From the NCBI GenBank assembly GCA_046329655.1, contig JAXLUD010000007.1, forward strand, positions 52,282-116,281: 64,000 bases of DNA, written 5' to 3'. Position numbers and translations under genes: made by a program. A model generated the notes under the pieces. That model was not told the DNA's origin, did not search any database, and worked only from the letters and a program-made list of their open reading frames with translations. Position 1 is the first letter of the stretch, and every line of letters begins with the position of its first letter. Of the stretch, positions 49,691 through 56,830 are shown one piece after another. The stretch comes from Ferruginibacter sp. GTDB lineage: Bacteria > Bacteroidota > Bacteroidia > Chitinophagales > Chitinophagaceae.

Positions 49691-49832
49691 ATTATACATC
49701 ACAAACTGTCACCCCTACAGAGCTTACTAAAACAACCTGTTCATTTTTCTACCAACATGCCGCTCTGCTGGAGTCAAATACAATACCACTTCAATCTCCT
49801 AAACAATCTGCACTGTCATCCCCTCCCTCATC

Positions 49833-49859
49833 AGTTCCCCCTTTAGGGGGCGGAGGGGG
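49833..49859. repeat. third copy of the C5/G5 hairpin motif
   Basis: agttccccctttagggggcggaggggg has the same architecture as IR-R (aagtccccccacagggggatttaggggg) and directly abuts the trpF' stop. Confidence 0.6.
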
Positions 49860-49861
49860 CC

Positions 49862-50488
49862 TCACTTCATCCCCTGCTTAAACAGCAGCACCTGTGCCAT
49901 ATCTTTCACGCCCGGTTCTTTTTCAAATTTGCTGTTTACATCCACTCCATAATAGTCAGGATGTTTAAACCGCTTTAGTTTTTCAATATCCCCCACTCCA
50001 ATTCCCCCACTCAGGAAAAAGGGCTTTTCAATTTTGGCCTTGCTCAGCACTTTCCAGTCAAACTGCTTGCCGGTGCCACCGCTTTCGCCATTGCTTTTTG
50101 TATCAAACAAATAATAATCGCATACGGCATCATAATCGGCCACCAGCGCATCAATATCTTTGGTATCCGCATCAATGGGGAATACCTTGATCACTTCCAC
50201 TTCACTACTGAGGTCTTCGCACATTTCCGGACTCTCATCGCCGTGCAGCTGCACCACATCCAGCCCGTATTCATCAATGGCATCCAGCACATCGATCATT
50301 TCGGGATCTTTGAATACGCCTACTTTCTTCAAATCAAAATCCGCATTTTTCACAGCATCCTTATCCAGTTTGTCACCCACATAACGCGGAGAGTCTTTGA
50401 CAAAGATCAGCCCTGCAAATTCAATATTCAGTCCGTCTAATTGCTGCAGCTGTTTCAGCTGGGTAATGCCGCATACTTTAATGTTCAT
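49862..50488 (-). CDS. trpF: phosphoribosylanthranilate isomerase, paralogue 2
   Basis: MNIKVCGIT..., VQLHGDESP, LFDTK...GGTGKQFDW, FFLSGGIG: the full TrpF signature. Confidence 0.85.
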   Translation of the reverse strand: MNIKVCGITQLKQLQQLDGLNIEFAGLIFVKDSPRYVGDKLDKDAVKNADFDLKKVGVFKDPEMIDVLDAIDEYGLDVVQLHGDESPEMCEDLSSEVEVIKVFPIDADTKDIDALVADYDAVCDYYLFDTKSNGESGGTGKQFDWKVLSKAKIEKPFFLSGGIGVGDIEKLKRFKHPDYYGVDVNSKFEKEPGVKDMAQVLLFKQGMK

Positions 50489-50504
50489 TGTTTCTTATTT
50501 TAGG

Positions 50505-50544
50505 TCACTAATTACACGAATTCCACCAATTACACTAATTGCTG
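50505..50544. repeat. nonanucleotide-period array (TNCACNAAT x4)
   Basis: TCACTAAT|TACACGAAT|TCCACCAAT|TACACTAAT, spanning the trpF stop and the trpF-trpF' spacer. Confidence 0.7.
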
Positions 50545-51159
50545 TATGAATCCTTTTATTTTTTCCATATCCTTTATTCCTGTTGTTACTTCAAACCTGC
50601 TGCAAAGGTCTATCGCAAACAGGGCTTTTGCTTCCGGTCTTTGTGCAAATGCATTCAATGCGGCTGCATCGTTCTCATCGATCATGCCGCTTAAAAAATA
50701 CGGCTTGCCCACCTGTACCCCGTGCAGTTTTTCCAGGTTCAGTTTTTTGCCCGTACCGCCATACCCAACGCCTTCCGTATCAAACATGAACATATCGCAG
50801 TAACTCATGTATTCCTGTATGCGGTAACCGATATTATCCGTTTCGCTGAAGCGGAATGCCTTTACCACCGAAATATAGTCTGCAATTTTTTCGCAGTATT
50901 TGGGGGTCTCATCGCCATGGAGCTGCACCATATGCAGCCGGCATTCATCCACCATGTGCAGCACTTCATCCACGGAAGCATTTACAAACACGCCCACCTT
51001 GTTGATACTGTTTTCCTTTTTGATCTGGTTGGTGGTCATATGCCGTAATACATACCGCGGCGATTTTGGATAAAAAATAAATCCGGCAAAAGAAGCGCCG
51101 GCTGCAGGAAGCTCCTTCAGCTGCTCTTCATGCGTGATGCCGCATACTTTTACTCTCAT
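50530..51159 (-). CDS. trpF: phosphoribosylanthranilate isomerase, paralogue 1 (divergent phosphate-binding loop)
   Basis: MRVKVCGIT..., VQLHGDETP, MFDTE..YGGTGKKLN, but SGMIDEND in place of SGGIG. ATGA overlap with trpC. Confidence 0.85.
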   Translation of the reverse strand: MRVKVCGITHEEQLKELPAAGASFAGFIFYPKSPRYVLRHMTTNQIKKENSINKVGVFVNASVDEVLHMVDECRLHMVQLHGDETPKYCEKIADYISVVKAFRFSETDNIGYRIQEYMSYCDMFMFDTEGVGYGGTGKKLNLEKLHGVQVGKPYFLSGMIDENDAAALNAFAQRPEAKALFAIDLCSRFEVTTGIKDMEKIKGFIQQLV

Positions 51160-51947
51160 GTAACTTTTGCTTTAAGTTGTTGAACAAATGCAGCAAAAGC
51201 AATCGCCGGGTCAGGCGCCTTCATAAAGTTTTCCCCGATCAGAAAACCTTTGAAACCTGCCCGTTTAAAAGTACAAATAGTATCTATATCGCTGATACCG
51301 CTCTCCGCAATTTTTACTTTATCAGCGGGTATTTTTTTTCCCAATTCCAGCGACCTGTTAATATCCACCGTAAAAGTTTTCAGGTCGCGGTTATTAATGC
51401 CCACAATGGCTGTTTCATCACAAATATGCCCCAGTTCCGTTTGGTTGTGTATTTCCAGCAGTACTTCCAGTTGCAGGCTTTTTGCAAACTTTGCCAATTC
51501 CTGTACCCGCTGCGGGGTTAAGCAGGCTGCAATCAGCAATATCACATCAGCGCCCATGGCCCGGGCTTCTGTTATCTGGTATTCATCTATGATAAAATCC
51601 TTGCGCAAAATGGGTATCGCATTTACCCTTGCCTTTTCAAGATCAGCAGAGATGCCGCCAAAAAACATTTCATCAGTCAGCACCGACAGGCAACTGGCCC
51701 CATTGGCCGCATAGGCGGTTGTAACTTCCACCACATCCGCAGTGCCATTGATCGTTCCCTTTGATGGCGACTTTCTTTTAAACTCTGCTATGATGCCGGT
51801 TTTGTTTTCGTCGAGCAGGAATTGTTTGAGCGAAAATACCGGGCGATTGTAAAAGGCAGACTGCTGTAATTGTGTAACCGGGGCAGCAGCCTTTCTTTCG
51901 GCCACTTCAATCTTTTTTTGTGCAATAATTTTATCCAGTATATTCAT
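51156..51947 (-). CDS. trpC: indole-3-glycerol phosphate synthase
   Basis: IIAEFKRKSPSKG, LSVLTD..FF.G, ILRKDFIIDEYQI motifs. Confidence 0.95.
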   Translation of the reverse strand: MNILDKIIAQKKIEVAERKAAAPVTQLQQSAFYNRPVFSLKQFLLDENKTGIIAEFKRKSPSKGTINGTADVVEVTTAYAANGASCLSVLTDEMFFGGISADLEKARVNAIPILRKDFIIDEYQITEARAMGADVILLIAACLTPQRVQELAKFAKSLQLEVLLEIHNQTELGHICDETAIVGINNRDLKTFTVDINRSLELGKKIPADKVKIAESGISDIDTICTFKRAGFKGFLIGENFMKAPDPAIAFAAFVQQLKAKVT

Positions 51948-51949
51948 GG

Positions 51950-52939
51950 TTACCGGCCGGTGATTTTTAAAAGTGAATTGTATGCTTTACCGCTTTCAAG
52001 GCTTTCCACAGCTGCACGGTAACATTCGTCATAATGATTGTATTTTCCTGTGCATTGAAGCGCCATGGCCGCATTGCTGAGCACTACGGCATTCTGCGCC
52101 CAGCTGCCTTCGCCTTTGATGATTTTCAAAAACAATTTAGCCGCTTCTTCAGCCGTGTTGCCGCCATAAATATCTGCGGCGCTTACGGTGCGTTTGCCCA
52201 GTTGTTCGGCACTGTATATTTTTTCACCGGCCGCTGTGATCACTTTTGTATCACCCGTAAGCGATATCTCATCATAACCATCGAGCGAATGGATAATAGT
52301 GAAATTATTACCCGTAGGCTGCAGCAGGTAATTATAAATGCGTGCCATTTCCAGGCTGTACACACCTACCAGCTGGTGTTTGGGAAATGCGGGGTTCACC
52401 ATAGGACCGAGCATATTAAAAAAGGTACGCACGCCCAGGTTTTTCCGGATTGGCCCCACCGCTTTCAATGCAGGATGAAACACCGGCGCATGCAGGAAAC
52501 AGATATTGGCATCATCCAGTTCTTTTTGCAATGTGCCCGCATCATTTTTAAAAGTATAGCCCAGCTGCTCCATCACATTGCTGCTGCCGCTTACGGAAGT
52601 GGCACCATAATTACCATGCTTGGCCACTTTATGCCCAGCGCCGGCCACGATAAAACAACTGAGTGTGGAAATATTGAAAGTGTTCTTGCCATCGCCGCCG
52701 GTACCCACGATATCGATCACATCGCCATCTTCCAGGTTTACACGCACACAGAGTTCCAGTAACGCATCCCGGAATCCCTGCAGTTCTTCAATGGTGATGC
52801 TGCGCATTAAGAATACCGTGATAAAAGCCGCCACTTCACTTTCATTGTACTGGTTTTTTGAAATATTTACCAGCACTTCTTTGGCCTGCGCACGCGTGAG
52901 TGTTTTGTATTCGAAGAGATAGTTGAGTATTTTTTTCAT
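51950..52939 (-). CDS. trpD: anthranilate phosphoribosyltransferase
   Basis: DIVGTGGDGKNTFNIST and KHGN....S.SGS motifs; 329 aa. Confidence 0.95.
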   Translation of the reverse strand: MKKILNYLFEYKTLTRAQAKEVLVNISKNQYNESEVAAFITVFLMRSITIEELQGFRDALLELCVRVNLEDGDVIDIVGTGGDGKNTFNISTLSCFIVAGAGHKVAKHGNYGATSVSGSSNVMEQLGYTFKNDAGTLQKELDDANICFLHAPVFHPALKAVGPIRKNLGVRTFFNMLGPMVNPAFPKHQLVGVYSLEMARIYNYLLQPTGNNFTIIHSLDGYDEISLTGDTKVITAAGEKIYSAEQLGKRTVSAADIYGGNTAEEAAKLFLKIIKGEGSWAQNAVVLSNAAMALQCTGKYNHYDECYRAAVESLESGKAYNSLLKITGR

Positions 52940-52944
52940 TTTTT

Positions 52945-53062
52945 TATAACACGAATTTTACGATTTATGGCACTAATTCTACGAATTGCACTAATTACAC
53001 GAATTATTTACACATGAACTGATACTTAGAACTTACTACTTATAACTTATAACTCATCACTT
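52945..53062. repeat. 9-nt array (NNCACGAAT family) followed by 7-nt array (ANNACTT family)
   Basis: AACACGAAT|TTTACGATT|..GCACTAAT|TCTACGAAT|TGCACTAAT|TACACGAAT, then ATGAACT|GATACTT|AGAACTT|ACTACTT|ATAACTT|ATAACTC|ATCACTT. ATAACTT is the reverse complement of the AAGTTAT words at 15287-15343. Confidence 0.8.
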
Positions 53063-53630
53063 ACACCTCCAGCCAATTCCTCAAAATCTGTTCCCCCATT
53101 GGCGTCAACACACTTTCCGGGTGAAACTGCACACCCTGAATATCGTATTTCCTGTGCTGCATGGCCATGATAAAACCGTTTTCATCGACGGCAGTCACTT
53201 CCAGCTCAGCAGGAAAATATTCATTACTTACGATCCAGCTGTGGTAGCGGCCCACTTCTATATTTCGCGGAAGCCCTTTAAACAATTTGCAATTGTCAAT
53301 TGTCAATTGACAATTAGTGGCCACGCCATGATACACTTTGCTTAAGTTGGTAAGCCTGGCGCCAAATGCTTCGCCGATTGCCTGGTGACCCAAACAAACA
53401 CCGAGTATGGATTTGGTGGCTGCATACTCCTTTATCAGCGGCAACAGCAATCCTGCTTCTTCTGGAATACCGGGGCCGGGAGATAAAATGATCTTATCAA
53501 AGTCCTTCACTTTTTCCAGCGCTATTTCATCATTGCGGTATACATCTACTTTCTGGTGCAGTATCTTTTCCACGAGGTGCACCAGGTTATAAGTGAAGGA
53601 GTCGTAATTATCGAAGACGAGTATTTTCAT
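53061..53630 (-). CDS. trpG: anthranilate synthase component II (glutamine amidotransferase)
   Basis: GPGIP, GVCLGHQAI (catalytic Cys), GVQFHPES triad region; 189 aa. Confidence 0.95.
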   Translation of the reverse strand: MKILVFDNYDSFTYNLVHLVEKILHQKVDVYRNDEIALEKVKDFDKIILSPGPGIPEEAGLLLPLIKEYAATKSILGVCLGHQAIGEAFGARLTNLSKVYHGVATNCQLTIDNCKLFKGLPRNIEVGRYHSWIVSNEYFPAELEVTAVDENGFIMAMQHRKYDIQGVQFHPESVLTPMGEQILRNWLEV

Positions 53631-53713
53631 GTTGTTAATTGGTTCATGGTTGATGGTTCATGGTAAATACACTGTTCTGCTATAAGCCATGAACTATTAG
53701 CGATGAACCATTT
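53631..53713. repeat. heptamer arrays in inverted arrangement (CATGGTT / CCATGAA family)
   Basis: ATTGGTT|CATGGTT|GATGGTT|CATGGTA ... CCATGAA|CTATTAG|CGATGAA|CCATTTC fill the trpE-trpG spacer. Confidence 0.8.
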
Positions 53714-55132
53714 CTAAATGGTTTCCGCCAAAACAATGGCCTGCTTCAGTGCATTTAATTTATTATTTACTTCCTGTAATTCACTTTCCGGATTACTGGC
53801 CACCACCACACCGGCACCAGCCTGGTATATCAGTGTATTGTTCCTGCTTAAAAAAGTTCGTATCATGATGGCATGATTTACTGTGCCGTCAAAACCCACG
53901 AAGCCAATGGTACCGCCATAATAACTCCTTGCTGTCGGTTCATTACTGTCGATCAGCTGCATGGCTTTAAATTTTGGTGCGCCGCTCAGTGTACCGGCAG
54001 GAAAAGTGGTGGCGATCAGTTTGAAAGGGTTGCTGCCAGCCTGCACCAGACCTGTTACTTCACTTACCAGGTGTATCACGTGGCTGTAATAATTGATCTT
54101 TTTGTATTGTGATACTTCCACCTGGCTGCACATGCGGCTCAGATCGTTCCTCGCAAGGTCTACCAGCATTACATGTTCTGCATTTTCCTTTTCATCGGCT
54201 TCCAGTTTTACAGCAAGCGCCTTGTCTGTTTCATCATCTCCCGTGCGCCGGAATGTTCCTGCGATGGGATGCACCACGGCCTTGCCATTTTGCACGATCA
54301 GCTGGCTTTCGGGCGACGAACCCATCAGTTTATAATCACCATAATCAAAATAGAATAAATACGGGGAAGGGTTGATACTTCGAAGTGCACGGTAAACATT
54401 GAATTCATCCCCGGTGAACTGCTGTTCAAATTTGCGGCTCAGCACGATCTGGAACACATCCCCCCTCAGGCAGCTGGCAATCCCTCTTTTAACCATATCG
54501 ATATAGGCTTCATTGGTAAGATTGCTGCTTTCTGTTCCTTTCACTGCAAAAGGAAAAGTGGGCACATCTTTGCTGCGGATCAGGCTTTCCACCACGACCA
54601 GTTCAGATTCCACACCTGCAACCTGGTTTTCACAGATGAACAACTCATCTTTAAAGTGATTGATCACGATGATATACTGGTAAAGACGGTAGCGCATCAG
54701 AGGTATCTCATTATTCGCAGGCTGTTTATCAACGTTCAGTTTTACCGTTTCAAAAAACTGCACGGCATCATAAGTGCTGTAACCAAACAATCCCTGTGCA
54801 ACATTAACCGGCTTTGGAACGGCACTGCTGATTTCAAAACGCTGCATAAAATCCCACAGCTGTTGCGGCACTGCAGCCGTATCGCTGATGATGATCTTTT
54901 CGGGTGTTTGCCCGGGCAGTTTAAATTCTATCTCGGCCTTGTTCCTGATCTCAATACCGGCAATGGCATTGATCCCGATAAAAGAATAACTGTTCTCTCC
55001 CGCATGAAAATCGGTGCTCTCCAGCAAAATGGTATCCCTGAAACGGTCACGCAGCCGCAGGTAAATGCCCACAGGAGTGTACACATCTGCCAGCATTTTT
55101 TTAAACGAGGTTTGTATTTGTATTTTTTTCAT
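53714..55132 (-). CDS. trpE: anthranilate synthase component I
   Basis: From ATG 55132: MKKIQIQTSFKKMLADVYTPVGIYLRLRD; LSGAPKFKAMQLI and YGGTIGF motifs. Confidence 0.95.
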   Translation of the reverse strand: MKKIQIQTSFKKMLADVYTPVGIYLRLRDRFRDTILLESTDFHAGENSYSFIGINAIAGIEIRNKAEIEFKLPGQTPEKIIISDTAAVPQQLWDFMQRFEISSAVPKPVNVAQGLFGYSTYDAVQFFETVKLNVDKQPANNEIPLMRYRLYQYIIVINHFKDELFICENQVAGVESELVVVESLIRSKDVPTFPFAVKGTESSNLTNEAYIDMVKRGIASCLRGDVFQIVLSRKFEQQFTGDEFNVYRALRSINPSPYLFYFDYGDYKLMGSSPESQLIVQNGKAVVHPIAGTFRRTGDDETDKALAVKLEADEKENAEHVMLVDLARNDLSRMCSQVEVSQYKKINYYSHVIHLVSEVTGLVQAGSNPFKLIATTFPAGTLSGAPKFKAMQLIDSNEPTARSYYGGTIGFVGFDGTVNHAIMIRTFLSRNNTLIYQAGAGVVVASNPESELQEVNNKLNALKQAIVLAETI

Positions 55133-55150
55133 TTTTAGAACAGTAATAAA

Positions 55151-55177
55151 TAAAAACCCCGGCATCCTGTGCCGGGG
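55151..55177 (-). terminator. trp attenuator terminator
   Basis: The - strand reads ccccggca-cagga-tgccgggg followed by ttttta. It lies between the leader peptide stop and the trpE ATG. Confidence 0.85.
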
Positions 55178-55218
55178 TTTGAATATGTTTCATGACATAA
55201 TACAACAGTGCGGCACAA

Positions 55219-55272
55219 TCAGCTTGCTGAATGCCACCACCAGTTGTTGTTATGTGTATAGTTATTTTTCAT
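55219..55272 (-). CDS. trp operon leader peptide MKNNYTHNNNWWWHSAS
   Basis: Hand translation of the - strand from ATG 55272 to TGA 55219 gives three consecutive TGG codons at 55234-55242. Confidence 0.8.
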   Translation of the reverse strand: MKNNYTHNNNWWWHSAS

Positions 55273-55338
55273 TTCCATTGCAAATATGTGGTAGATTTAG
55301 AAAATAAAAAAATTTTTATCCCATAAATCTTGTCGACA

Positions 55339-55632
55339 ATGGAAATTAAACACCGGAAAGATGGCAGCAAGGGTGCCTTTTACATTGAGGAAAACAGCCG
55401 GCTTCTGGGCGAAATGACCTACAGCATGGCCGGGCCCGGACTCATGATCATTGATCACACAGAAGTGGATGATGCGCTGAAAGGACAAAATGCGGGCCTG
55501 CAGCTTTTGAACAAGGCGGCTGATTTTGCAAGGACCAACCAGCTGAAAATAATTCCGCTTTGCCCTTTTGCAAACGCCATGTTTAAAAGAAAGCCCGAAG
55601 TATTTGGCGACCTGCTGCATAAAAGCGAATAG
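55339..55632 (+). CDS. GNAT-like N-acetyltransferase (YjdJ-type small acetyltransferase)
   Basis: 97 aa from ATG 55339: FYIEENS..LGEMTY......MIIDHTEV...L.GQ..G..L........AR....KIIPLCPFA. Confidence 0.7.
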   Translation: MEIKHRKDGSKGAFYIEENSRLLGEMTYSMAGPGLMIIDHTEVDDALKGQNAGLQLLNKAADFARTNQLKIIPLCPFANAMFKRKPEVFGDLLHKSE

Positions 55633-55672
55633 CCGGGTGTTTAATCATTATCTTTATTAAAAACTATATTGT

Positions 55673-56305
55673 ATGGTGCTGGCAATTTTCGGTGCCACCG
55701 GGCAGGTGGGCAGGCAACTGGTGAAACAGGCTTTATTCGGCGGTCACCAGGTAAAGGCTTTTGGACGTAATGTGTTTACAGAATTTAACAAGGATGAAAA
55801 AAACCTTGAATTGGTAAAAGGCGGCGTGTTTGACGAGAAAGATGTATATCATACCATCATGGGATGCGACGCCGTGCTTTCGGCGCTGGGCGGCAGTTTC
55901 GACGGAACAGATAAAAGCCGTTCGCTCGGCATGAAAAATATTGTTCAGCAAATGCAAAAGGCCGGCGTGAAGCGCATTGTGGCACTGGGAGGCATGGGCA
56001 TTTTAAATTATGATGAGAACACTTTGCTGATAGATACAGAAGACTATCCCAAAGAATATATCCCTGTGGGCAATGAACACCGCAAGGCATATGAATATTT
56101 AAACAACAGCGGGCTCGACTGGACCTTTGTATGCAGCCCCGACATCATCAATGCCGATGCAACGGGCGAATTTATTACCAGCGCCAACTATCCGCCCCAG
56201 CCCAATAAGTTTAAGATCAATGCAGGCGACCTGGCCTTGTTTATGCTGGGTGAAGTGAGTAAGAATAATTATGTAAAGGAACGTGTGGGGATTAGTATGC
56301 AATAG
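55673..56305 (+). CDS. NAD(P)H-binding protein (atypical SDR / NmrA-BVR-B-like)
   Basis: N-terminal IFGATGQVGRQLV Rossmann motif; 210 aa. Confidence 0.8.
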   Translation: MVLAIFGATGQVGRQLVKQALFGGHQVKAFGRNVFTEFNKDEKNLELVKGGVFDEKDVYHTIMGCDAVLSALGGSFDGTDKSRSLGMKNIVQQMQKAGVKRIVALGGMGILNYDENTLLIDTEDYPKEYIPVGNEHRKAYEYLNNSGLDWTFVCSPDIINADATGEFITSANYPPQPNKFKINAGDLALFMLGEVSKNNYVKERVGISMQ

Positions 56306-56830
56306 CCCAATCTTTTAATTTCCATCTTTAGCAACAGTTAACAGCGGAGCATTAAAAATAATGCTCCGCATGAGATGCTTTACATCCGGCTTATTGCTTC
56401 ACCATTGTAAAAGTATATTTATCTCCGGGCTGGTTTACACCGGTGGCATAAAACATCAGTGGCTGGAGAAATATGTAAAAAACAGCGGAAAATAGTTTAA
56501 CCTGCCTGCCCGGTAAGGGAAGGTTTTGTTCCAAACATTTGTTCATTGCCCGGCATCGTTGTGTCACTCACTTTGAGGACATGACGCTGCTGGGCTTTTA
56601 TTTTTCTGTGTTGCCGGTACCCCCTCTGCCATTTTCACCATCACTTCTATCACACAAGGAATTTAGTACTGCCATCAAGGCATTTCATAAACCACCATCC
56701 CAAAAACGCTTGCAAATCCCCGCTTTACTGTTTATATTTCTGAAACTATTGAACAGGCGGTCACCTTCCTTATTATTCTCAGCCCTGTTTGCAATTATAT
56801 ATTCAACCTTAACACCCAAAACAACCAGGC

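Noticed and set aside
49600-49760. Degenerate units as decayed DUF559 5' ends (minus-strand frames read ..DNKMTKLF.. and ..GRKMNRLF.., vaguely like LRKNMT..E..LW)
   Set aside because: The similarity is limited to 3-4 residues, stop codons follow immediately, and nucleotide similarity to the intact DUF559 gene is negligible.
49596-49832. CRISPR array (regularly spaced repeats near orphan genes)
   Set aside because: Only 2.5 units are present, the units are about 70% identical rather than near-identical, there is no repeat/spacer alternation of 25-50 nt, and no cas genes are in the window.
49576-49881. 101-aa plus-strand ORF
   Set aside because: It is a translation of the degenerate tandem units and the C5/G5 motif (PPLGGGGGL tail), antisense to the operon, with no start context.
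56344-56369. Hairpin gcggagcatta/taatgctccgc as a canonical intrinsic terminator
   Set aside because: The stem is a strong 11 bp, but there is no U-tract on either strand. I mention it in the findings only as a hairpin.
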